Source: Eledone cirrhosa
Lineage: Eukaryota
Reading direction: 5' to 3'
DNA: 64,000 nt
NCBI GenBank assembly: GCA_964016885.1
Contig: OZ024740.1
Location: 433,876,001 to 433,940,000, forward strand
The translations under genes and the position numbers were made by a program. Positions 14,616-28,074 of this stretch are shown piece after piece (within the stretch, counting starts at the first letter, position 1; each line of letters opens with the position of its first letter). The notes below the pieces were generated by a model, which had not been told where the DNA came from, made no database searches, and saw nothing but the letters and a program-made list of their open reading frames with translations.

Positions 14616-17600
14616 ACTAATGTTACACTAAATATGTATGGTGGAGTGTATCCTACTAATGTTACACTAAATATGTATGGTGGAGTGTATCCTAAGGCTG
14701 TGTCCTACTAATGTTACACTAAATATGTATGGTGGAGTGTATCCTAAGTCTGTGTCCTACTAATGTTACACTAAATATGTATGGTGGAGTGTATCCTAAG
14801 GCTGTGTCCTACTAATGTTACACTAAATATGTATGGTGGAGTGTATACTAAGGCTGTGTCCTACTAATGTTACACTAAATATGTATGGTGGAGTGTATCC
14901 TAAGGCTGTGTCCTACTAATGTTACATTAAATATGTATGGTGGAGTGTATCCTACTAATGTTACACTAAATATGTATGGTGGAGTGTATCCTAAGGCTGT
15001 ATCCTACTAATGTTACACTAAATATGTATGGTGGAGTGTATCCTAAGGCTGTGTCCTACTAATGTTACACTAAATATGTATGGTGGAGTGTATCCTACTA
15101 ATGTTACACTAAATATGTATGGTGGAGTGTATCCTAAGGCTGTGTCCTACTAATGTTACACTAAATATGTATGGTGGAGTGTATCCTACTAATGTTACAC
15201 TAAATATGTATGGTGGAGTGTATCCTACTAATGTTACACTAAATATGTATGGTGGAGTGTATCCTACTAATGTTACACTAAATATGTATGGTGGAGTGTA
15301 TCCTACTAATGTTACACTAAATATGTATGGTGGAGTGTATCCTAAGGCTGTGTCCTACTAATGTTACACTAAATATGTATGGTGGAGTGTATCCTACTAA
15401 TGTTACACTAAATATGTATGGTGGAGTGTATCCTACTAATGTTACACTAAATATGTATGGTGGAGTGTATCCTACTAATGTTACACTAAATATGTATGGT
15501 GGAGTGTATCCTACTAATGTTTCACTAAATATGTATGGTGGAGTGTATCCTAAGGCTGTGTCCTACTAATGTTACACTAAATATGTATGGTGGAGTGTAT
15601 CCTAAGGCTGTGTCCTACTAATGTTACACTAAATATGTATGGTGGAGTGTATCCTACTAATGTTACACTAAATATGTATGGTGGAGTGTATCCTACTAAT
15701 GTTACACTAAATATGTATGGTGGAGTGTATCCTACTAATGTTACACTAAATATGTATGGTGGAGTGTATGCTAAGGCTGTGTCCTACTAATGTTACACTA
15801 AATATGTATGGTGGAGTGTATCCTAAGGCTGTGTCCTACTAATGTTACACTAAATATGTATGGTGGAGTGTATCCTAAGGCTGTGTCCTACTAATGTTAC
15901 ACTAAATATGTATGGTGGAGTGTATCCTAAGGCTGTGTCCTACTAACGTTACACTAAATATGTATGCTGGAGTGTATCCTAAGGCTGTGTCCTACTAATG
16001 TTACACTAAATATGTATGGTGGAGTGTATCCTACTAATGTTACACTAAATATGTATGGTGGAGTGTATCCTAAGGCTGTGTCCTACTAATGTTACACTAA
16101 ATATGTATGGTGGAGTGTATCCTACTAATGTTACACTAAATATGTATGGTGGAGTGTATCCTGAGGCTGTGTCCTACTAATGTTACACTAAACATGTATG
16201 GTGGAGTGTATCCTAAGGCTGTGTCCTACTAATGTTACACTAAATATGTATGGTGGAGTGTATCCTACTAATGTTACACTAAATAAGTATGGTGGAGTGT
16301 ATCCTAAGGCTGTGTCCTACTAATGTTACACTAAACATGTATGGTGGAGTGTATCCTAAGGCTGTGTCCTACTAATGTTACACTAAATATGTATGGTGGC
16401 GTGTATCCTACTAATGTTACACTAAATATGTATGGTGGAGTGTATCCTAAGGCTGTGTCCTACTAATGTTACACTAAATATGTATGGTGGAGTGTATCCT
16501 ACTAATGTTACACTAAATATGTATGGTGGAGTGTATCCTACTAATGTTACACTAAATATGTATGGTGGAGTGTATCCTAAGGCTGTGTCCTACTAATGTT
16601 ACACTAAATATGTATGGTGGAGTGTATCCTAAGGCTGTGTCCTACTAATGTTACACTAAATATGTATGGTGGAGTGTATCCTAAGGCTGTGTCCTACTAA
16701 TGTTACACTAAATATGTATGGTGGAGTGTATCCTACTAATGTTACACTAAATATGTATGGTGGAGTGTATCCTACTAATGTTACACTAAATATGTATGGT
16801 GGAGTGTATCCTAAGGCTGTGTCCTACTAATGTTACACTAAATATGTATGGTGGAGTGTATCCTAAGGCTGTCTCTACTAATGTTACACTAAATATGTAT
16901 GGTGGAGTGTATCCTAAGGCTGTGTCCTACTAATGTTACACTAAATATGTATGGTGGAGTGTATCCTAAGGCTGTGTCCTACTAATGTTACACTAAATAT
17001 GTATGGTGGAGTGTATCCTACTAATGTTACACTAAATATGTATGGTGGAGTGTATCCTAAGGCTGTGTCCTACTAATGTTACACTAAATATGTATGGTGG
17101 AGTGTATCCTACTAATGTTACACTAAATATGTATGGTGGAGTGTATCCTACTAATGTTACACTAAATATGTATGGTGGAGTGTATCCTACTAATGTTACA
17201 CTAAAAATGTATGGTGGAGTGTATCCTAAGGCTGTGTCCTACTAATGTTACACTAAATATGTATGGTGGAGTGTATCCTACTAATGTTACACTAAATATG
17301 TATGGTGGAGTGTATCCTACTAATGTTACACTAAAAATGTATGGTGGAGTGTATCCTAAGGCTGTGTCCTACTAATGTTACACTAAATATGTATGGTGGA
17401 GTGTATCCTACTAACGTTACACTAAATATGTATGGTGGAGTGTATCCTACTAATGTTACACTAAAAATGTATGGTGGAGTGTATCCTAAGGCTGTGTCCT
17501 ACTAATGTTACACTAAATATGTATGGTGGAGTGTATCCTACTAATGTTACACTAAATATGTATGGTGGAGTGTATCCTAATGCTGTGTCCTACTAATGTT

Positions 17601-20600
17601 ACACTAAATAAGTATGGTGGAGTGTATCCTAAGGCTGTGTCCTACTAATGTTACACTAAATATGTATGGTGGAGTGTATCCTACTAATGTTACACTAAAT
17701 ATGTATGGTGGAGTGTATCCTACTAATGTTACACTAAATATGTATGGTGGAGTGTATCCTAAGGCTGTGTCCTACTAATGTTACACTAAGTATGTATGGT
17801 GGAGTCTATCCTAAGGCTGTCTCTACTAATGTTACACTAAATATGTATGGTGGAGTGTATCCTAAGGCTGTGTCCTACTAATGTTACACTAAATATGTAT
17901 GGTGGAGTGTATCCTAAGGCTGTGTCCTACTAATGTTACACTAAATATGTATGGTGGAGTGTATCCTACTACTAAATATGTATGGTGGAGTGTATCCTAA
18001 GGCTGTGTCCTACTAATGTTACACTAAATATGTATGGTGGAGTGTATCCTACTAATGTTACACTAAATATGTATGGTTGAGTGTATCCTAAGGCTGTGTC
18101 CTACTAATGTTACACTAAATATGTATGGTGGAGTGTATCCTACTAATGTTACACTAAATATGTATGGTGGAGTGTATCCTACTAATGTTACACTAAATAT
18201 GTATGGTGGAGTGTATCCTAAGGCTGTGTCCTACTAATGTTACACTAAATATGTATGGTGGAGTGTATCCTACTAATGTTACACTAAATATGTATGGTGG
18301 AGTGTATCCTAAGGCTGTGTCCTACTAATGTTACACTAAATATGTATGGTGGAGTGTATCCTAAGGCTGTGTCCTACTAATGTTACACTAAATATGTATG
18401 GTGGAGTGTATCCTACTAATGTTACACTAAATATGTATGGTGGAGTGTATCCTACTAATGTTACTCTAAATATGTATGGTGGAGTGTATCCTAAGGCTGT
18501 GTCCTACTAATGTTACACTAAATATGTATGGTGGAGTGTATCCTAAGGCTGTGTCCTACTAATGTTACACTAAATATGTATGGTGGAGTGTATCCTACTA
18601 ATGTTACACTAAATATGTATGGTGGAGTGTATCCTATGGCTGTGTCCTACTAATGTTACACTAAATATGTATGGTGGAGTGTATCCTACTAATGTTACAC
18701 TAAATATGTATGGTGGAGTGTATCCTACTAATGTTACACTAAATATGTATGGTGGAGTGTATCCTAAGGCTGTGTCCTACTAATGTTACACTAAATATGT
18801 ATGGTGGAGTGTATCCTACTAATGTTACACTAAATATGTATGGTGGAGTGTATCCTAAGGCTGTCTCTACTAATGTTACACTAAATATGTATGGTGTAGT
18901 GTATCCTAAGGCTATGTCCTACTAATGTTACACTAAATATGTATGGTGGAGTGTATCCTAAGGCTGTGTCCTACTAATGTTACACTAAATATGTATGGTG
19001 GAGTGTATCCTAAGGCTGTGTCCTACTAATGTTACACTAAATATGTATGGTGGAGTGTATCCTAAGGCTGTCTCTACTAATGTTACACTAAATATGTATG
19101 GTGGAGTGTATCCTAAGGCTGTCTCTACTAATGTTACACTATATATGTATGGTGGAGTGTATCCTAAGGCTGTCTCTACTAATGTTACACTAAATATGTA
19201 TGGTGGAGTGTATCCTAAGGCTGTCTCTACTAATGTTACACTAAATATGTATGGTGGAGTGTATCCTAAGGCTGTCTCTACTAATGTTACACTAAATATG
19301 TATGGTGGAGTGTATCCTAAGGCTGTCTCTACTAATGTTACACTAAATATGTATGGTGGAGTGTATCCTAAGGCTGTCTCTACTAATGTTACACTAAATA
19401 TGTATGGTGGAGTGTATCCTAAGGCTGTGTCCTACTAATGTTACACTAAATATGTATGGTGGAGTGTATCCTAAGGCTGTGTCCTACTAATGTTACACTA
19501 AATATGTATGGTGGAGTGTATCCTACTAATGTTACACTAAATATGTATGGTGGAGTGTATCCTAAGGCTGTCTCTACTAATGTTACACTAAATATGTATG
19601 GTGGAGTGTATCCTAAGGCTGTGTCCTACTAATGTTACACTAAATATGTATGGTGGAGTGTATCCTAAGGCTGTGTCCTACTAATGTTACACTAAATATG
19701 TATGGTGGAGTGTATCCTAAGGCTGTGTCCTACTAATGTTACACTAAATATGTATGGTGGAGTGTATCCTACTAATGTAACACTAAATATGTATGGTGGA
19801 GTGTATCCTACTAATGTTACACTAAATATGTATGGTGGAGTGTATCCTAAGGCTGTGTCCTACTAATGTTACACTAAATATGTATGGTGGAGTGTATCCT
19901 AAGGCTGTCTCTACTAATGTTACACTAAATATATATGGTGGAGTGTATCCTAAGGCTGTGTCCTACTAATGTTACACTAAATATGTATGGTGGAGTGTAT
20001 CCTAAGGCTGTGTCCTACTAATGTTACACTAAATATGTATGGTGGAGTGTATCCTACTAATGTAACACTAAATATGTATGGTGGAGTGTATCCTACTAAT
20101 GTTACACTAAATATGTATGGTGGAGTGTATCCTAAGGCCGTGTCCTACTAATGTTACACTAAATATGTATGGTGGAGTGTATCCTAAGGCTGTGTCCTAC
20201 TAATGTTACACTAAACATGTATGGTGGAGTGTATCCTAAGGCTGTATCCTACTAATGTTACACTAAACATGTATGGTGGAGTGTATCCTAAGGCTGTGTC
20301 CTACTAATGTTACACTAAATATGTATGGTGGAGTGTATCCTAAGGCTGTGTCCTACTAATGTTACACTAAATATGTATGGTGGAGTGTATCCTAAGGCTG
20401 TGTCCTACTAATGTTACACTAAATATGTATGGTGGAGTGTATCCTAAGGCTGTGTCCTACTAATGTTACACTAAATATGTATGGTGGAGTGTATCCTACT
20501 AATGTTACACTAAATATGTATGGTGGAGTGTATCCTAAGGCTGTATCCAACTAATGTTACACTAAGTATGTATGGTGGAGTCTATCCTAAGGCTGTCTCT

Positions 20601-23600
20601 ACTAATGTTACACTAAATATGTATGGTGGAGTGTATCCTACTAATGTTACACTAAATATGTATGGTGGAGTGTATCCTAAGGCTGTATCCTACTAATGTT
20701 ACACTAAGTATGTATGGTGGAGTCTATCCTAAGGCTGTCTCTACTAATGTTACACTAAATATGTATGGTGGAGTGTATCCTACTAATGTTACACTAAATA
20801 TGTATGGTGGAGTGTATCCTAAGGCTGTATTCTACTAATGTTACACTAAGTATGTATGGTGGAGTCTATCCTAAGGCTGTCTCTACTAATGTTACACTAA
20901 ATATGTATGGTGGAGTGTATCCTACTAATGTTACACTAAATATGTATGGTGGAGTGTATCCTAAGGCTGTGTCCTACTAATGTTACACTAAATATGTATG
21001 GTGGAGTGTATCCTAAGTCTGTGTCCTACTAATGTTACACTAAATATGTATGGTGGAGTGTATCCTAAGGCTGTGTCCTACTAATGTTACACTAAATATG
21101 TATGGTGGAGTGTATCCTAAGGCTGTGTCCTACTAATGTTACACTAAATATGTATGGTGGAGTGTATCCTAAGGCTGTGTCCTACTAATGTTACATTAAA
21201 TATGTATGGTGGAGTGTATCCTACTAATGTTACACTAAATATGTATGGTGGAGTGTATCCTAAGGCTGTATCCTACTAATGTTACACTAAATATGTATGG
21301 TGGAGTGTATCCTAAGGCTGTGTCCTACTAATGTTACACTAAATATGTATGGTGGAGTGTATCCTACTAATGTTACACTAAATATGTATGGTGGAGTGTA
21401 TCCTAAGGATGTGTCCTACTTATGTTACATTAAATATGTATGGTGGAGTGTATCCTACTAATGTTACACTAAATATGTATGGTGGAGTGTATCCTAAGGC
21501 TGTATCCTACTAATGTTACACTAAATATGTATGGTGGAGTCTATCCTAAGGCTGTGTCCTACTAATGTTACACTAAATATGTATGGTGGAGTGTATCCTA
21601 CTAATGTTACACTAAATATGTATGGTGGAGTGTATCCTACTAATGTTACACTAAATATGTATGGTGGAGTGTATCCTACGGCTGTATCCTACTAATGTTA
21701 CACTAAATATGTATGGTGGAGTGTATCCTAAGGCTGTGTCCTACTAATGTTACACTAAATATGTATGGTGAAGTGTATCCTACTAATGTTACACTAAATA
21801 TGTATGGTGGAGTGTATCCTAAGGCTGTGTTCTACTAATGTTACACTAAATATGTATGGTGGAGTGTATCCTAAGGCTGTGTCCTACTAATGTTACACTA
21901 AATATGTATGGTGGAGTGTATCCTAAGGCTGTATCCTACTAATGTTACACTAAGTATGTATGGTGGAGTGTATCCTACTAATGTTACACTAAATATGTAT
22001 GGTGGAGTGTATCCTAAGGCTGTATCCTACTAATGTTACACTAAGTATGTATGGTGGAGTCTATCCTAAGGCTGTCTCTACTAATGTTACACTAAATATG
22101 TATGGTGGAGTGTATCCTACTAATGTTACACTAAATATGTATGGTGGAGTGTATCCTAAGGCTGTATCCTACTAATGTTACACTAAGTATGTATGGTGGA
22201 GTCTATCCTAAGGCTGTCTCTACTAATGTTACACTAAATATGTATGGTGGAGTGTATCCTACTAATGTTACACTAAATATGTATGGTGGAGTGTATCCTA
22301 AGGCTGTATCCTACTAATGTTACACTAAGTATGTATGGTGGAGTCTATCCTAAGGCTGTCTCTACTAATGTTACACTAAATATGTATGGTGGAGTGTATC
22401 CTACTAATGTTACACTAAATATGTATGGTGGAGTGTATCCTAAGGCTGTATCCTACTAATGTTACACTAAGTATGTATGGTGGAGTCTATCCTAAGGCTG
22501 TCTCTACTAATGTTACACTAAATATGTATAGTGGAGTGTATCCTACTAATGTTACACTAAATATGTATGGTGGAGTGTATCCTAAGGCTGTGTCCTACTA
22601 ATGTTACACTAAATATGTATGGTGGAGTGTATCCTAAGTCTGTGTCCTACTAATGTTACACTAAATATGTATGGTGGAGTGTATCCTAAGGCTGTGTCCT
22701 ACTAATGTTACACTAAATATGTATGGTGGAGTGTATCCTAAGGCTGTGTCCTACTAATGTTACACTAAATATGTATGGTGGAGTGTATCCTAAGGCTGTG
22801 TCCTACTAATGTTACATTAAATATGTATGGTGGAGTGTATCCTACTAATGTTACACTAAATATGTATGGTGGAGTGTATCCTAAGGCTGTATCCTACTAA
22901 TGTTACACTAAATATGTATGGTGGAGTGTATCCTAAGGCTGTGTCCTACTAATGTTACACTAAATATGTATGGTGGAGTGTATCCTACTAATGTTACACT
23001 AAATATGTATGGTGGAGTGTATCCTACTAATGTTACACTAAATATGTATGGTGGAGTGTATCCTAAGGCTGTGTCCTACTAATGTTACATTAAATATGTA
23101 TGGTGGAGTGTATCCTAAGGCTGTATCCTACTAATGTTACACTAAGTATGTATGGTGGAGTCTATCCTAAGGCTGTCTCTACTAATGTTACACTAAATAT
23201 GTATGGTGGAGTGTATCCTACTAATGTTACACTAAATATGTATGGTGGAGTGTATCCTAAGGCTGTATCCTACTAATGTTACACTAAGTATGTATGGTGG
23301 AGTCTATCCTAAGGCTGTCTCTACTAATGTTACACTAAATATGTATGGTGGAGTGTATCCTACTAATGTTACACTAAATATGTATGGTGGAGTGTATCCT
23401 AAGGCTGTGTCCTACTAATGTTACACTAAATATGTATGGTGGAGTGTATCCTAAGGCTGTGTCCTACTAATGTTACATTAAATATGTATGGTGGAGTGTA
23501 TCCTACTAATGTTACACTAAATATGTATGGTGGAGTGTATCCTAAGGCTGTATCCTACTAATGTTACACTAAATATGTATGGTGGAGTGTATCCTAAGGC

Positions 23601-26600
23601 TGTATCCTACTAATGTTACACTAAATATGTATGGTGGAGTGTTTCCTAAGGCTGTGTCCTACTAATGTTACACTAAATATGTATGGTGGAGTGTATCCTA
23701 AGGCTGTGTCCTACTAATGTTACACTAAATATGTATGGTGGAGTGTATCCTAAGGCTGTATCCTACTAATGTTACACTAAGTATGTATGGTGGAGTGTAT
23801 CCTAAGGCTGTGTCCTACTAATGTTACACTAAATATGTATGGTGGAGTGTATCCTACTAATGTTACACTAAATATGTATGGTGGAGTGTCTCCTAAGGCT
23901 GTGTCCTACTAATGTTACACTAAATATGTATGGTGGAGTGTCTCCTAAGGCTGTGTCCTACTAATGTTACACTAAATATGTATGGTGGAGTGTATCCTAA
24001 GGCTGTGTCCTACTAATGTTACACTAAATATGTATGGTGGAGTGTATCCTAAGGCTGTGTCCTACTAATTTAACACTAAATATGTATGGTGGAGTGTATC
24101 CTAAGGCTGTGTCCTACTAATGTTACACTAAATATATATGGTGGAGTGTATCCTAAGGCTGTGTCCTACTAATGTTACACTAAATATGTATGGTGGAGTG
24201 TATCCTACTAATGTTACACTAAATATGTATGGTGGAGTGTATCCTAAGGCTGTGTCCTACTAATGTTACACTAAATATGTATGGTGGAGTGTATCCTACT
24301 AATGTTACACTAAATATGTATGGTGGAGTGTATCCTAAGGCTGTGTCCTACTAATGTTACACTAAATATGTATGGTGGAGTGTATCCTACTAATGTTACA
24401 CTAAATATGTATGGTGGAGTGTATCCTACTAATGTTACACTAAATATGTATGGTGGAGTGTATACTACTAATGTTACACTAAATATGTATGGTGGAGTGT
24501 ATCCTAAGGCTGTGTCCTACTAATGTTACACTAAATATGTATGGTGGAGTGTATCCTAAGGCTGTGTCCTACTAATGTTACACTAAATATGTATGGTGGA
24601 GTGTATCCTAAGGCTGTGTCCTACTAATGTTACACTAAATATGTATGGTGGAGTGTATCCTACTAATGTTACACTAAATATGTATGGTGGAGTGTATCCT
24701 AAGGCTGTGTCCTACTAATGTTACACTAAATATGTATGGTGGAGTGTATCCTAAGGCTGTGTCCTACTAATGTTACACTAAATATGTATGGCGGAGTGTA
24801 TCCTAAAGCTGTGTCCTACTAATGTTACACTAAATATGTATGGTGGAGTGTATCCTACTAATGTTACACTAAATATGTATGGTGGAGTGTATCCTAAGGC
24901 TGTGTCCTACTAATGTTACACTAAATATGTATGGTGGAGTGTATCCTACTAATGTTACACTAAATATGTATGGTGGAGTGTATCCTAAGGCTGTGTCCTA
25001 CTAATGTTACACTAAATATGTATGGCGGAGTGTATCCTAAAGCTGTGTCCTACTAATGTTACACTAAATATGTATGGTGGAGTGTATCCTACTAATGTTA
25101 CACTAAATATGTATGGTGGAGTGTATCCTAAGGCTGTGTCCTACTAATGTTACACTAAATATGTATGGTGGAGTGTATCCTACTAATGTTACACTAAATA
25201 TGTATGGTGGAGTGTATCCTAAGGCTGTGTCCTACTAATGTTACACTAAATATGTATGGCGGAGTGTATCCTAAAGCTGTGTCCTACTAATGTTACACTA
25301 AATATGTATGGTGGAGTGTATCCTACTAATGTTACACTAAATATGTATGGTGGAGTGTATCCTAAGGCTGTGTCCTACTAATGTTACACTAAATATGTAT
25401 GGTGGAGTGTATCCTAAGGCTGTGTCCTACTAATGTTACACTAAATATGTATGGTGGAGTGTATCCTAAGGCTGTGTCCTACTAATGTTACACTAAATAT
25501 GTATGGTGGAGTGTATCCTAAGGCTGTGTCCTACTAATGTTACACTAAATATGTATGGTGGAGTGTATCCTAAGGCTGTGTCCTACTAATGTTACACTAA
25601 ATATGTATGGTGGAGTGTATCCTACTAATGTTACACTAAATATGTATGGTGGAGTGTATCCTAAGGCTGTGTCCTACTAATGTTACACTAAATATGTATG
25701 GTGGAGTGTATCCTAAGGCTGTGTCCTACTAATGTTACACTAAATATGTATGGCGGAGTGTATCCTAAGGCTGTGTCCTACTAATGTTACACTAAATATG
25801 TATGGTGGAGTGTATCCTACTAATGTTACACTAAATATGTATGGTGGAGTGTATCCTACTAATGTTACACTAAATATGTATGGTGGAGTGTATCCTACTA
25901 ATGTTACACTAAATATGTATGGTGGAGTGTATCCTAAAGCTGTGTCCTACTAATGTTACACTAAATATGTATGGTGGAGTGTATCCTACTAATGTTACAC
26001 TAAATATGTATGGTGGAGTGTATCCTAAGGCTGTGTCCTACTAATGTTACACTAAATATGTATGGTGGAGTGTATCCTAAGTCTGTGTCCTACTAATGTT
26101 ACACTAAATATGTATGGTGGAGTGTATCCTAAGGCTGTGTCCTACTAATGTTACACTAAAAATGTATGGCGGAGTGTATCCTAAAGCTGTGTCCTACTAA
26201 TGTTACACTAAATATGTATGGTGGAGTGTATCCTACTAATGTTACACTAAATATGTATGGTGGAGTGTATCCTAAGGCTGTGTCCTACTAATGTTACAGT
26301 AAATATGTATGGTGGAGTGTATCCTAAGGCTGTGTCCTACTAATGTTACACTAAATATGTATGGTGGAGTGTATCCTACTTATGTTACACTAAATATGTA
26401 TGGTGGAGTGTATCCTACTAATGTTACACTAAATATGTATGGTGGAGTGTATCCTACTAATGTTACACTAAATATGTATGGTGGAGTGTATCCTAAGGCT
26501 GTGTCCTACTAATGTTACACTAAATATGTATGGTGGAGTGTATCCTACTAATGTTACACTAAATATGTATGGTGGAGTGTATCCTACTAATGTTACACTA

Positions 26601-28074
26601 AATATGTATGGTGGAGTGTATCCTACTAATGTTACACTAAATATGTATGGTGGAGTGTATCCTACTAATGTTACACTAAATATGTATGGTGGAGTGTATC
26701 CTACTAATGTTACACTAAATATGTATGGTGGAGTGTATCCTAAGGCTGTGTCCTACTAATGTTACACTAAATATGTATGGTGGAGTGTATCCTACTAATG
26801 TTACACTAAATATGTATGGTGGAGTGTATCCTAAGGCTGTGTCCTACTAATGTTACACTAAATATGTATGGTGGAGTGTATCCTACTAATGTTACACTAA
26901 ATATGTATGGTGGAGTGTATCCTAAGGCTGTGTCCTACTAATGTTACACTAAATATGTATGGTGGAGTGTATCCTACTAATGTTACACTAAATATGTATG
27001 GTGGAGTGTATCCTAAGGCTGTGTCCTACTAATGTTACACTAAATATGTATGGTGGAGTGTATCCTACTAATGTTACACTAAATATGTATGGTGGAGTGT
27101 ATCCTACTAATGTTACACTAAATATGTATGGTGGAGTGTATCCTACTAATGTTACACTAAATATGTATGGTGGAGTGTATCCTAAGGCTGTGTCCTACTA
27201 ATGTTACACTAAATATGTATGGTGGAGTGTATCCTACTAATGTTACACTAAATATGTATGGTGGAGTGTATCCTAGCTAATGTTACACTAAATATGTATG
27301 GTGGAGTGTATCCTACTAATGTTACACTAAATATGTATGGTGGAGTGTATCCTACTAATGTTACACTAAATATGTATGGTGGAGTGTATCCTACTAATGT
27401 TACACTAAATATGTATGGTGGAGTGTATCCTACTAATGTTACACTAAATATGTATGGTGGAGTGTATCCTACTAATGTTACACTAAATATGTATGGTGGA
27501 GTGTATCCTAAGGCTGTGTCCTACTAATGTTACACTAAATATGTATGGTGGAGTGTATCCTACTAATGTTACACTAAATATGTATGGTGGAGTGTATCCT
27601 ACTAATGTTACACTAAATATGTATGGTGGAGTGTATCCTAAGGCTGTGTCCTACTAATGTTACACTAAATATGTATGGTGGAGTGTATCCTACTAATGTT
27701 ACACTAAATATGTATGGTGGAGTGTATCCTAAGGCTGTGTCCTACTAATGTTACACTAAATATGTATGGTGGAGTGTATCCTACTAATGTTACACTAAAT
27801 ATGTATGGTGGAGTGTATCCTAAGGCTGTGTCCTACTAATGTTACACTAAATATGTATGGTGGAGTGTATCCTACTAATGTTACACTAAATATGTATGGT
27901 GGAGTGTATCCTAAGGCTGTGTCCTACTAATGTTACACTAAATATGTATGGTGGAGTGTATCCTACTAATGTTACACTAAATATGTATGGTGGAGTGTAT
28001 CCTACTAATGTTACACTAAATATGTATGGTGGAGTGTATCCTACTAATGTTACACTAAATATGTATGGTGGAGT

